The position numbers and the translations under genes were made by a program. Positions 29,338-39,506 of a stretch of DNA of 64,000 nt are shown piece by piece; within the stretch, counting starts at the first letter, position 1, and each line of letters begins with the position of its first letter. The notes beneath the pieces were generated by a model, which saw nothing but the letters and a program-made list of their open reading frames with translations, did not search any database and had not been told where the DNA came from. Source of the DNA: an uncultured Campylobacter sp. (GTDB lineage Bacteria; Campylobacterota; Campylobacteria; Campylobacterales; Campylobacteraceae); the NCBI RefSeq assembly GCF_938017775.1, contig NZ_CALIIU010000022.1, positions 2,683 through 66,682 on the forward strand, in the 5' to 3' direction.

Positions 29338-30657
29338 ATGCTTACCAATCCCGTATTTATCAGTATCTGTGTGATGTGCGCGCTATGCTTGCTGAGGTGC
29401 AACGTAATGCTTGCGATCCTAATCGGCACGATCTGCGCCGTGCTCTCAAGCAAGATCCCGCTGGGCGATGCCATAAATTTATTCATAAACGGCAACCCCG
29501 AAAACGCCGGGAGCCTCGGCATGGGCGGAAATTTAGAAACCGCACTTTCGTATCTGCTGCTAGGCGTCATCGCAAGCGCGATCTCAAAGACCAACTTAAC
29601 GGCGATCTTGGTGCGCGCGGTGGCAAATTTAATCAGCGACAAAAAATATATCTTTATCTTTTCGATCGCCTTCTTTGCGTGCTTTTCACAAAATTTAATC
29701 CCCGTGCATATCGCCTTTATCCCGATTTTGATCCCGCCGTTAGTCAAGATCATGAACTCGCTAAAGATCGACCGCCGCGCCGTAGCGTGCGCGCTGACGT
29801 TCGGCTTGCAGACGCCGTATATGGCGCTGCCGCTGGGATTCGGACTTATCTTTATGGGGCTAATCGAAAAAAATATGAACGCAAACGGCATCGCGGTAAG
29901 CCTTGGCGACATATCAAGCGTGATGTGGCTAAGCGCCGTGCCGATGCTCGTGGGTCTCATCCTAGCCGTGATCTACTACCGCAAGCCGAGGGAGTATGCC
30001 GAAACCAAACAGAGCCTGGATGCTCATTTTAGCGAGCTTAAGATGGGTATGCGCGAATGGGGTGCGCTAGCGGGCATCGCGGTGTGCTTCGCGGTGCAAA
30101 TTTGGATCAAATCCCTTCCGTTTGCCGCGCTTAGCGGAATTTTGGTAATGCTTGCGAGCAAAGGCATCGAGTGGAAGAAGCTGGATAGCGTATTTGACGA
30201 AGGCGTGCATATGATGGGCTACATCGCGTTTTTGATGCTGATCGCTGCAGGATACGGCACTATCTTAAAAGAAACCGGCGGCGTGAATGAGCTGGTGCAC
30301 GTAGCGAGCACTTTAAGCGGCGGCAAGCTCGGCGGTGCGCTGTTGATGATCGGTATCGGACTGCTAGTGACGATGGGCATAGGCTCGAGCTTCGGCACGA
30401 TCCCTATCATCGCTACGATATACTGCCCGCTAGCCGCGCAACTGGGCTTTAGTACGGCGGCGACGATCTTTATCATCGGCGTGGCCGCGGGTATCGGCGA
30501 TGCGGGCTCGCCTGCGAGCGATAGCACGCTTGGACCTACCGTGGGGCTGAATATCGACGGCGGGCATAGCCACATCTGGGATACCTGCGTGCCGACCTTT
30601 ATTTTCTTTAATATCCCGCTGATCATATTCGGCATAATCTTTTCGATGATGCTTTGA
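29338..30657 (+). CDS. Na+/H+ antiporter NhaC-like (YuiF family) transporter
   Basis: QNLIPVHIAFIPILIPP, MGIGSSFGTIPII, GDAGSPASDSTLGPT. Confidence 0.9.
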   Translation: MLTNPVFISICVMCALCLLRCNVMLAILIGTICAVLSSKIPLGDAINLFINGNPENAGSLGMGGNLETALSYLLLGVIASAISKTNLTAILVRAVANLISDKKYIFIFSIAFFACFSQNLIPVHIAFIPILIPPLVKIMNSLKIDRRAVACALTFGLQTPYMALPLGFGLIFMGLIEKNMNANGIAVSLGDISSVMWLSAVPMLVGLILAVIYYRKPREYAETKQSLDAHFSELKMGMREWGALAGIAVCFAVQIWIKSLPFAALSGILVMLASKGIEWKKLDSVFDEGVHMMGYIAFLMLIAAGYGTILKETGGVNELVHVASTLSGGKLGGALLMIGIGLLVTMGIGSSFGTIPIIATIYCPLAAQLGFSTAATIFIIGVAAGIGDAGSPASDSTLGPTVGLNIDGGHSHIWDTCVPTFIFFNIPLIIFGIIFSMML

Positions 30658-30895
30658 AATTTTATAAAATTTAGCCGCGCGGTGATGCCTGTAAATTTAT
30701 AAATTTACGAGCGCGTTCATTTTTAAATTTAGCCGCGCGACTTTACTTTTAAATTTGCCTGCGCGATTTTGCCAAAATTTATTTGCGTCGCTCGCACGAT
30801 CGGCTTAAATTTAACCGCTCGCGGCGCGTTGATAAAAATCATTGCTAAAATTTAAAATTTCGCATAAAATGGGCGAAATTTCATAGCAAGGAGCG

Positions 30896-31342
30896 GTGGT
30901 GGAGCAAATTTATCCTTACGTGCAGATCGTCCATCTTATCTGTGCCATTATCTTTTTGGGCTACATATTTTTCGACGTCGTGATTTTTATGCGGCTTAAA
31001 GGCGCGCTGGGCGCGGATTTTGAGCGCATTAAAAAGGCGATCGGCTCGCGCGCGATTAAGATCATGCCGGTTTGCCTTTTTACATTGATAATTACCGGCG
31101 GAATGATGATGAGCCGCTGGGTCGGAAGCGCTAATGGCGGGTATTTCGGCACGCCGCTTCAAAAAATCTTTATGCTAAAAGTCACGCTCGCGCTCATCGT
31201 CGCCGTGTGCGTAGCGATAAATTTAAGCTGCCGCGCGATGGGAAGGCCTGCGTCTGAGTTTTTGCGAGCAAATATCCACAAAATCGCCTTTGTATTCGGA
31301 TTCATCATCGTGCTTTGCGCCAAGCTGATGTTTGTAGTATGA
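30896..31342 (+). CDS. CopD-like small integral membrane protein
   Basis: VHLICAIIFLG, 4 TM, AAGGAG RBS. Confidence 0.7.
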   Translation: MVEQIYPYVQIVHLICAIIFLGYIFFDVVIFMRLKGALGADFERIKKAIGSRAIKIMPVCLFTLIITGGMMMSRWVGSANGGYFGTPLQKIFMLKVTLALIVAVCVAINLSCRAMGRPASEFLRANIHKIAFVFGFIIVLCAKLMFVV

Positions 31343-31939
31343 TTTATGGCGCAAAATTTAGCGCTGGCGGCGTGACTTTTATCGCGAAATTCTGCAGCGT
31401 GGCAAAGATTTAATTTTGCTTGCTTTTAAAATACGACGCTTGCTAAAAATTTTAAAATTCCGTTTTGCTGGGCGGAGCGTATAAATTTAAGAATTTTAAA
31501 TTCTTCTATGTCTGCGCTAAAGCGCGAAATTTTAAAATTCCACTCCTTTTTTGTGCTGTTTTGCCAAATGCAACCTGCAAGATTTAATCTCATAAAATTT
31601 TAAAATTTCATCGCGAGTTTTAAAGCGCTCATAAAATTTCTCACCCAATTCTGCAGCTTTAAAATTTTGTAAAATTCTAAAATTTTAAAAATTTTAAATT
31701 TTACTGCTAGGACGCGGATGAGAATTCTAAAAAACTCGCGCAAAATCGAAGTAAACAATGAAAAAGCGAATTTATTTGGCGACTTTACTTACTATTTAAT
31801 AATCATTAAAGATATAAAAAGCTAAAATTGCTTTTCGCCTGCGGGCGAATTTAATGTCTGCTTGCCATTCGCGCGGGATTTTGAGGTTTCCCGTAGCCGT
31901 GGCAATGGTTTTGAAATTATTTATGAGAAAGGAAAAAAG

Positions 31940-32749
31940 ATGAAGAAATTTCTCTTAAGTCTGCTCGTCGCAGCTTTGGCCAGTAGCGCGCTTTGCGCAA
32001 GATCGCTCTCCGAGATCAAAAGTAGCGGAGTGCTTAGAATAGGCGTTTATGACGCACAGCCGCCGTTTAGCAAGATAGAAGACGGCGTGCATCAGGGCTT
32101 TGAGGTCGATATGGCAAATGCCATCGCTAAAGATATGCTTCCATCGGGCGGAAAGGTGGAGTTTACCTCCGTGCTTGCAAATCAGCGTATAAAATTCCTA
32201 CAAGAAGATAAGGTGGACGCAGTTATCGCAACTTTTACCGTAACTCCGGAGCGCGAGAAGCAGATCGATTTTACGACCCCGTATTTTAGTGTCAATATAG
32301 GCATTTTGACCCGCATCGAAGATAAGATTAAATCCCTAAACGATTTACAAGATAAAACTATTTTAGTTCTTAGCGGCGGTACTGCAGAAACATACTTTGA
32401 AAAGCAAGGCTATAATATCGCTAGATGCGATAACGCAAACGCCTGCTATAAGGCGCTAAAAGCCGGACAGGGCGACGGGTATGCCGATGATAACTTAGTC
32501 GTGCTGGCTTATCCGGTATTAGATAAAAAGGTTGAAGTAAATATCAAAAATTTAGGCACTTCGGATTTCTTAGCCATCGGCGTGAAAAAGGGCAATTCGG
32601 AGCTTTTGGATTTTCTAAACGGCGAGCTAATCAAGCTAAGCAAAGAGGGCTTTTTCAAAAATTCGTTCGATAATTTTATCGAGCCTTACTACAAAGGAAC
32701 TGCAGAGAAAAAGTATTTCTTGCTAGACGATCTTTATAGCTTGCTGTAA
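31940..32749 (+). CDS. Amino-acid ABC substrate-binding protein (family 3), copy 1
   Basis: Signal peptide; LRIGV..PPFS, GFEVD, TPEREKQIDFTTPY; start MKKF after GAAAGGA. Confidence 0.92.
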   Translation: MKKFLLSLLVAALASSALCARSLSEIKSSGVLRIGVYDAQPPFSKIEDGVHQGFEVDMANAIAKDMLPSGGKVEFTSVLANQRIKFLQEDKVDAVIATFTVTPEREKQIDFTTPYFSVNIGILTRIEDKIKSLNDLQDKTILVLSGGTAETYFEKQGYNIARCDNANACYKALKAGQGDGYADDNLVVLAYPVLDKKVEVNIKNLGTSDFLAIGVKKGNSELLDFLNGELIKLSKEGFFKNSFDNFIEPYYKGTAEKKYFLLDDLYSLL

Positions 32750-32757
32750 TTTTTAAA

Positions 32758-32766
32758 GGGGGGGGG
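32758..32766 (+). repeat. Poly-G (G9) tract at the ribosome-binding site of SBP copy 2
   Basis: AAA-G9-CGCT-ATG. Confidence 0.85.
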
Positions 32767-32770
32767 CGCT

Positions 32771-33574
32771 ATGAAAAAGATAATCCTAGCATTGATGCTG
32801 GCTGCGTGTTCGCTTTTTAGCAACACTTTGACTCAAATCAAAGAAAAAGGGGTTATTCGCATCGGTATAGATGGCTCGTCTCCGCCGTTTAGCGTCGCTA
32901 AAGTTGGCGAATATAGCGGCTTTGAGATACTCTTAATAGAAGGGCTTGTTAAAGAAATTTTCGGCGATAAAGGCGGCAAGATAGAATATGTCGTAACGGT
33001 AGGCGATGATCGCATAAAAGCGGTGCAGGATAACAGAGTCGATTTAGATATCGCGCTTATCTCGGTTACGAAAGAGCGTGAGAAGCTGGTAGATTTCTCC
33101 GATCCATACTTTAGCGTAAATATCGGCGTGCTAACTCGTAGCGACGATAATATCAGAAAGGTCTCCGATCTAAACGGAAAGACTATATTGGCGCAGCCCG
33201 GCACTACTGTGTTTGATTACTTTACGAAACAGGGCTATAACGTAGTACCGTGTGCGAGCGCGAATGAATGCTTCAATGACCTAAAATCGGGTAAGGGTGA
33301 CGGATACGCAGATGATAATCTGCTTGTGTTCGCTTACGCTGTAGTCGACCGCAAAGTCGAAGTAAATATCAAAAATTTAGGCTCGACGGACTTCCTGGCC
33401 ATCGCGGTGCAAAAAGGCAATACTGAGCTGCTTAACGCGGTAAATGCGGGACTAATTGAGCTAAGTAAAAAAGGGTTTTTTACAAAAATTTTTGATGAGA
33501 GTATTGAGCCTTTTTATAAAGGCACCGTCGATAAAAAGTATTTCTTGCTGGACGATCTTTATAGCTTGTTTTAA
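32771..33574 (+). CDS. Amino-acid ABC substrate-binding protein, copy 2
   Basis: Paralog of copy 1; TKEREKLVDFSDPY. Confidence 0.92.
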   Translation: MKKIILALMLAACSLFSNTLTQIKEKGVIRIGIDGSSPPFSVAKVGEYSGFEILLIEGLVKEIFGDKGGKIEYVVTVGDDRIKAVQDNRVDLDIALISVTKEREKLVDFSDPYFSVNIGVLTRSDDNIRKVSDLNGKTILAQPGTTVFDYFTKQGYNVVPCASANECFNDLKSGKGDGYADDNLLVFAYAVVDRKVEVNIKNLGSTDFLAIAVQKGNTELLNAVNAGLIELSKKGFFTKIFDESIEPFYKGTVDKKYFLLDDLYSLF

Positions 33575-33639
33575 TTTAAAGTGGCGATGGACGGAATTCT
33601 ATTCGCTGGCAAAATTTTAGTAAAATTTAAAGGAATTTT

Positions 33640-34443
33640 ATGAAAAAGATTATATTTGCGTTGCTAATCGCTTCGTGTTCGTTATTTGCTAACTCTTTAG
33701 CGCAGATCAAAGAAAAAGGACTCATTCGCATTGGGATAGACGGCTCACTGCCGCCGCTTAGCGTCTCCGAGGATGGAAGATATAGCGGTTTTGAAATTTC
33801 GCTTATCGAAGAGCTCGTGAAAGAAATTTTCGGCGATAAGGGCGGCAAAATCGAATATGTCGTAACTCTAGGCAATGATCGTATCACAGCCGTGCAAGAT
33901 AACAAGGTCGATTTGGATATCGCGGCGATTACGGTTACGAAAGAGCGCGAGAAACTAGTGGATTTTTCAAACCCTTACTTTAGCGTAAATATCGGCGTAC
34001 TAACCCGTAGCGATGACAATATCAAGACAATAAGCGACCTACAGGATAAAGAAATTTTAGCTGAACCGGGCACTACGGCTTTTGATTATTTTAATAAGGA
34101 AGGCTTTAAAGTTATCTCATGCGCTAGTTCTAGCGAATGCTTCCGCGCGCTAAAATCCGGTCGCGGCAGCGGCTATGCGGACGATAATATGGTAGTTTTG
34201 GGCTATTCGGTCGTAGATCGCAAGGTAGAGGTAAATATCAAGAATTTAGGCACGTCGGACTTTTTAGCTATCGCGGTGCAAAAAGGCAACGATGACTTGC
34301 TAAACGCCTTAAACGACGGGCTTGTCAAGCTCAGCAAAAATGGCTTTTTCAAGAAAATTTTTAACGACAGCATCGATCCTTTTTACAAGGGCAAGGCTGA
34401 GAAAAAATATTTCTTGTTAGATGATCTTTATAAAATGTTTTAA
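33640..34443 (+). CDS. Amino-acid ABC substrate-binding protein, copy 3
   Basis: Closest to copy 2; TKEREKLVDFSNPY. Confidence 0.92.
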   Translation: MKKIIFALLIASCSLFANSLAQIKEKGLIRIGIDGSLPPLSVSEDGRYSGFEISLIEELVKEIFGDKGGKIEYVVTLGNDRITAVQDNKVDLDIAAITVTKEREKLVDFSNPYFSVNIGVLTRSDDNIKTISDLQDKEILAEPGTTAFDYFNKEGFKVISCASSSECFRALKSGRGSGYADDNMVVLGYSVVDRKVEVNIKNLGTSDFLAIAVQKGNDDLLNALNDGLVKLSKNGFFKKIFNDSIDPFYKGKAEKKYFLLDDLYKMF

Positions 34444-34458
34444 TTCAAAGGACAAAAT

Positions 34459-35262
34459 ATGAAAAAAATTCTACTAAGTATTTTGCTGGGTGTTGGCGCG
34501 CTTTGCGCTAATTCCCTAGCAGATATCAAACAAGCAGGCGAAATTCGCATAGGCTTGCAAGATTCCCAGCCTCCGTTTAGCTTCGATGATAACGGCACGC
34601 TAAAAGGCTTTGAGGTTGACTTGGCAAACGAGCTAGTTAAAAATCTATTTGGCAATAAAAAGATTAAAATCGACTTTATCGCCGTAGCATCTAAAGATCG
34701 CGTCCCCTCGCTAGAGCAAAATAAAGTAGATCTCATCATATCCAAGCTTACCGTCACAAAAGATCGCGTTCAGAAAGTCGATTTTTCTTACCCGTATTAT
34801 TCAGTGCAAATTGGCGTGCTAAGCCGTAAGGATGATAATATTTCAAGAATAGATCAGATCGCGCATAAAAAAATTCTAAGCGTTAAAGGCACAACTGCCG
34901 AGGAGCACTTCAAAAACGCGGGCTATGAGATTGCGACATGTGCCGACGCGAATGAGTGCGTCGCTAGGCTAAAGGCTGGCGAGGGCATAGGCTTTGCCGA
35001 CGATAATACGGTCGTACTCGGATACGCTAGAAACGACGCCGCACTTGATGCAAAAATCATCAACCTCGGCAAGGTAGATTATATCGCCGTTGCCCTATCT
35101 AAGGGCAATACCGAGCTACTTGATGCGGTTAATAGCAGCCTGGTAAAAATGTATAAAGCGAAATTTTTCCATAAGGCTTTTGACGAGGATATCAAGCCAT
35201 ACTACGGTGGCAAGATCGATAAAAAGCACTTCACGCTCGATGAGGTTTATAGCTTGTTTTAG
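34459..35262 (+). CDS. Amino-acid ABC substrate-binding protein, copy 4
   Basis: Most divergent paralog; TKDRVQKVDFSYPY. Confidence 0.92.
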   Translation: MKKILLSILLGVGALCANSLADIKQAGEIRIGLQDSQPPFSFDDNGTLKGFEVDLANELVKNLFGNKKIKIDFIAVASKDRVPSLEQNKVDLIISKLTVTKDRVQKVDFSYPYYSVQIGVLSRKDDNISRIDQIAHKKILSVKGTTAEEHFKNAGYEIATCADANECVARLKAGEGIGFADDNTVVLGYARNDAALDAKIINLGKVDYIAVALSKGNTELLDAVNSSLVKMYKAKFFHKAFDEDIKPYYGGKIDKKHFTLDEVYSLF

Positions 35263-35283
35263 GCTATAAAAAAGGAGTTAAAA

Positions 35284-35790
35284 ATGAAAAATAAAACATT
35301 TATATTAACGTTTTTTATAAGCGTTTTTGTTTGTTTAAATTTGAACGCCTATGAGGTTAATTCCGATGTCTTTCATAAAGAAAGAAATGATACTACTAAA
35401 GAAAAAGTAGATTGCTCCGATCCTAAAAATAGACCTCGCGCGATTGCTGGAATTTTAGTAGGGGGTAAGAAAGAATGCTATTTAACTGCCGAGCAAGCCA
35501 AGCGTAATCTTGATGGCACTATCGGACGTAACCCAGTAACGGGCAAAGTAACCTCAAAAGCAAAGCTTTTGGGCGGAGATAAAGCGACTAATAATCTTGA
35601 AAAAGCGCAGATGGATTATGGTAAAAAAAAGGTTGAGCTAGAGGAAGCGGAGAAAATTTATGCCGAAGACGCTAGCGTTAAGAATTCCCGCCGCGTAGAT
35701 AAAGCACGCAAAGCCTTTGAAAAGGCACAAAACGATCTAAAGGCGGCAGAAGAGATTAAAGAGAAAGCCGATAGACGCAAGGGCGAATAA
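35284..35790 (+). CDS. Hypothetical exported protein with C-terminal coiled coil
   Basis: AAGGAG RBS; signal peptide ending LNA; one Cys pair; K/E/A-rich helix. Confidence 0.75.
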   Translation: MKNKTFILTFFISVFVCLNLNAYEVNSDVFHKERNDTTKEKVDCSDPKNRPRAIAGILVGGKKECYLTAEQAKRNLDGTIGRNPVTGKVTSKAKLLGGDKATNNLEKAQMDYGKKKVELEEAEKIYAEDASVKNSRRVDKARKAFEKAQNDLKAAEEIKEKADRRKGE

Positions 35791-35808
35791 TAGTGTAAAA
35801 GGTAAAGA

Positions 35809-36111
35809 ATGTTTTACGAGCTAAAAAATAAAGATAGGGTTATTTTAAAATTTGAAGTCGGCGCAATACAAACGCGAGCTTTAGGTAAAGAGATTGAAGA
35901 GCAGACGATACTAAACGTATCTTTATTGGACGACAATCTACCTATGGCTATCGATAAAGAGGATTTAAAAAAGTCTTTGAAATCGTGGATAGATAATAGA
36001 AAAATCCCTGAAAATAGAAAATTTGTAAGAAGCGTCGTGTCCTCTTACGCCGAAGAGGGTAAAAACGATTTTATGGCTTATGTAAAGGTATCTTTGGCTC
36101 TTAGCCTTTAA
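35809..36111 (+). pseudogene. N-terminal fragment of a HipA-like protein
   Basis: YELKNKDRVILKF...WIDNRKIPENR...SLALSL*; stops where such proteins continue (SLNDxYW) into the kinase domain; recognised from memory. Confidence 0.55.
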
Positions 36112-36803
36112 AGGACACGATCTATGCTTAATAACGCTAATTTTAAAGTTGCCGATGATGAATTTAATAAAATCGCCTCTTTGATTGAGAAAATTTCAGC
36201 GACAAATTTGCGTCGCGCTACGTTGATATCATAAATTCATCTTCATGCGCCGCTGTCATATGCGCCGTAAAATTTTCGCTATCGCTGTCCGTGCTTTGTA
36301 AAATTTCAACCTTAGCCGCTCTAAAGAAGCGGTAAAAGTTGCCGAGCCCATGATCACATTGAGGCAAAAATACATAGGGCTTCATTTGCATGAAATTCTA
36401 AGCGGTAACTCGGATTTGAATCTCACGGAATTTCAAAAGCGCCGCACGGCTTTAAGCGTGTAAAATTTCAAGACGTTGCAAGCCCGCGGAGTATGATTTT
36501 GGCGCCGCCGTCACGCTAAGAACCGCAAGTATCCGCTCGCAAGGCGCGCCTCTGTTAAATTTTATATCCACAGGGCTTGCGGGCGTATTTGTCAGTCTGT
36601 CGCTTAGGTAAAAATTCAAATCATGTTGTAGCGTTAAAATTTCAAACCCCGCCATATTTGCACCGCGAGAATTCCAAACTTGCGGCTTATTCTGCTATTC
36701 TACAAAAGAGTTATACCTACACTGCGAATAAAATTTTAAACCTTTTCGCTGTAGGGTCGCAATCTGCTCCTCGCGGACGAAATTTTAGATCGCGCTGCAA
36801 GAG

Positions 36804-37742
36804 CTACGCTTCTGCGGAGGCGAGAAAATCCCTAATATTCTGCGCGATCATTTTTATTAGCCGTTTGCGGGCCTCGATGCTCGCCCATGCGATGTGGGGC
36901 GTGATGATGACGTTGCGGCGATTTTTTACTCGCAGCAGCGGATGATCCGCCCTCATCGGCTCTGTTTGCAGCACGTCAAGCGCCGTGCGCAGGCCTCGCT
37001 CGTCCACGGCGCGAGCCAGCGCCTCCTCGTCCACGATGCCGCCGCGGCCGAAATTCATCAAGATCGCCCCCTCTTTCATCTTTGCAAGCTCCGCCTCGCC
37101 GATCAATCCCGCCGTTTTTTCATTTAGCGGAGCGTGGATCGAGATGATGTCGCAAGCTCTCAAAAGCGCGTCCAGGCTCACTCTGGCAAACTCGCCGTTA
37201 TCGTTCGCGCCGCTGGTGGAGTAGTATCTCACGTTCGCGCCGAACGCGGCGGCGATGCGGGCGACCTTTGCGCCGATCTGTCCAAGCCCGATGATGCCGA
37301 ACTCTTTGCCGTAAATTTCGCTGATGGGCGCGTCAATGTGAGTAAAAATTTCGCTCTCGCACCATTTGCCGCTGCTGCCGTAATCTGCGTAGTATCCGAG
37401 CGCGTTGGTTAGCGCAAACAGCGACGCGAATGTCTGCTGCACGACGCTGTTCGTCGAATAGCCCGCTACGTTTTTCACCGCGATGCCGCGAGCCTGCGCT
37501 GCCTGCATGTCGATATTATTCGTGCCCGTGGCGCTTACGCAGATCAGCTTAAGCGTGGTTTGCGCCATGATCTCATCCGTGATTAGGACTTTGTTGGTGA
37601 TGACGACGTCCGCGCCGGCTAGGCGCTGTGCGGTTTGCGCGGGCTCGGTCATCTCGTAGCTTTCAAACTCGCCCAAGCCTGCGATCTCGCTAAGATCGGC
37701 ATCGCCTCCAAGCGTCGCGGCATCCAAACATACGATTTTCAT
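36804..37742 (-). CDS. D-2-hydroxyacid dehydrogenase
   Basis: GIIGLGQIG, IHAPL, MNFGRGGIVDE, ITPHIAWAS. Confidence 0.95.
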   Translation of the reverse strand: MKIVCLDAATLGGDADLSEIAGLGEFESYEMTEPAQTAQRLAGADVVITNKVLITDEIMAQTTLKLICVSATGTNNIDMQAAQARGIAVKNVAGYSTNSVVQQTFASLFALTNALGYYADYGSSGKWCESEIFTHIDAPISEIYGKEFGIIGLGQIGAKVARIAAAFGANVRYYSTSGANDNGEFARVSLDALLRACDIISIHAPLNEKTAGLIGEAELAKMKEGAILMNFGRGGIVDEEALARAVDERGLRTALDVLQTEPMRADHPLLRVKNRRNVIITPHIAWASIEARKRLIKMIAQNIRDFLASAEA

Positions 37743-38321
37743 ATTTCCCCCTTTGCGTTTTAAAATTTAAGCCGCCCGCGCGGCTAAATTTAGTTGTTAA
37801 ATTCCGTCGCGCGGTCGGATCGCGGCGCTTAAGCGGTAAAATTTAGCCTCGCGAAATTTGGCTATTGCGTAAATTTGCTCTAGTGGAATTTTACTATCGC
37901 GAATTCTGTCTTCGCGAAATTTAATGCTTGCAGCGCGCGGAGCGTTAAATTTTAAAATTTTAATCCGCGCCGAAGCAATCGATAAAATTTTACCGCCGCT
38001 GAAACCTACGTCTAAATTTGAAATTTCAATTTACGCCGAAGCGAGAGATCAATTTTTGCCGCTCGCGCTTAAATTTTAAAATTTAGCTCGTATAAATCTT
38101 GCTCTGCGCGGAATTTTAGTTCGCGCCGATTTAACCTGCTCGAAATTTTATCCGCGCGGAATTTTGGTCGCGCCGTTACGTTAAATTTTACCGTAGCCTC
38201 CTAGCGTTAAATTCCGCTGCTGCCGAGCGATAAAATTTACTGCCGCGAGGGCTTTGCCACAAAATTATCGCCAAGAGCCGCCGCCCTAAAATTTCTCAAA
38301 TTTTTAAAATTTGCCGCGCCG

Positions 38322-39506
38322 CTACTTTGCATCCTCGATGTAGTGCCCCACAAATTTTGAGAGATTATTGAGTATCTCGCCGCCCTTGCGGAAGCCCAGC
38401 GCGCAGCCTTCATAGGCGAAAAACACCCCCGCTTGGTAGCTCTGGGCGCGCTCGTCTTTGTTTAGCTCGTAAAATTCCTGATATAAAAATTTCTGATTTC
38501 CGTATTCGCCTCCGTTTTCCTCTATCTTTTTGCCGTCGGCGTCGAAAATCGCCACGTTCGCCCCCTCGCGCGCCAAAAACGGCTTTTTGATCATCTTTTT
38601 GCCGATGATCGGTGAAAAGGAGCTTTGCAGCAGCAGCGGGTGGTTCGGATACAGATCCCACAGGATTTTCATAATCCCCTTGCTTTGGAAAAGCAGCGTG
38701 TATGCGGGGTTTAGGATGATCGCCTTTTGATTTTGCACGATGTTTTTTAAGATGAGCGCAAGCTCGCCCTCCTCAATCGCGATCGCTTCCCAAGGGATTA
38801 GCTTGAACCAATACTCGTAGTTTTCGCCGTCAAAAAACACGCCCTCTTCGTCGTTAAATTCCACCTCGTCCACGTAGGCAAAGCGCGTCTTAAAGCCCGC
38901 ATCCTCCGCGGTCTGCTGCAAAAGCTTCGTCGTCTTTTCGTCCTCGATGTTGCCCGCGACGCTGCTAAATAGAATTTTCCACCCCTCGTAAAATTTAGAA
39001 AAATCCTCCAGCTCGCCGTCAAGCACCACGAGCCGCTTGAAATTATCGCGCAGTGCGTCGTAGAGGTCGTTGAACTGGCTCGCCTCGTCCATGCCGTTTT
39101 CTTTCAGCATCGCCCACTGGATGATCGCCGTCTCAAACACCGCCGTTGGCGTGTCGGCGTTAAATTCTATCAGCTTGATAGGCTTGCCGTCCAGCCCGCC
39201 CGCGAAATCAAAGCGCCCGTATAGGTGCCAGTGCACCTCGTTTTCCCAGCTTTGTTTGATTAGATCTACGAGGTTGAAGGGGATACCGAGCTCGTGGAAA
39301 AGGTTATTGTCGATGACATACTGCGCGGCTGCAACAAACATCTCGTATAGCTCGTTCGCCGCTTCGTAATACGCATCCGCCTCCGCGGCGCTCACGCGCA
39401 CGATCTCATCGCTGACGTAAGGGGTCTCGTCCGCGTCCGTGTGCCAGTAAAAGCCGAGCCTTTCGAGATATTCGTTGCTTAACGGCGTTATCTTTTTTAG
39501 TTGCAT
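38322..39506 (-). CDS. Glutathionylspermidine synthase family protein
   Basis: LYGRFDF, KLIEFNADTPT, FKLIPWE, KPFLAREGANV. Confidence 0.95.
   Translation of the reverse strand: MQLKKITPLSNEYLERLGFYWHTDADETPYVSDEIVRVSAAEADAYYEAANELYEMFVAAAQYVIDNNLFHELGIPFNLVDLIKQSWENEVHWHLYGRFDFAGGLDGKPIKLIEFNADTPTAVFETAIIQWAMLKENGMDEASQFNDLYDALRDNFKRLVVLDGELEDFSKFYEGWKILFSSVAGNIEDEKTTKLLQQTAEDAGFKTRFAYVDEVEFNDEEGVFFDGENYEYWFKLIPWEAIAIEEGELALILKNIVQNQKAIILNPAYTLLFQSKGIMKILWDLYPNHPLLLQSSFSPIIGKKMIKKPFLAREGANVAIFDADGKKIEENGGEYGNQKFLYQEFYELNKDERAQSYQAGVFFAYEGCALGFRKGGEILNNLSKFVGHYIEDAK

Noticed and set aside
29376..30032. 218-aa alternative-frame ORF
   Set aside because: Lies entirely within the well-supported NhaC-like gene; Arg-rich shadow frame
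36452..36945. ORFs 36452-36655 and 36577-36945
   Set aside because: Spacer-type sequence, no motifs, and the second overlaps the dehydrogenase on the opposite strand
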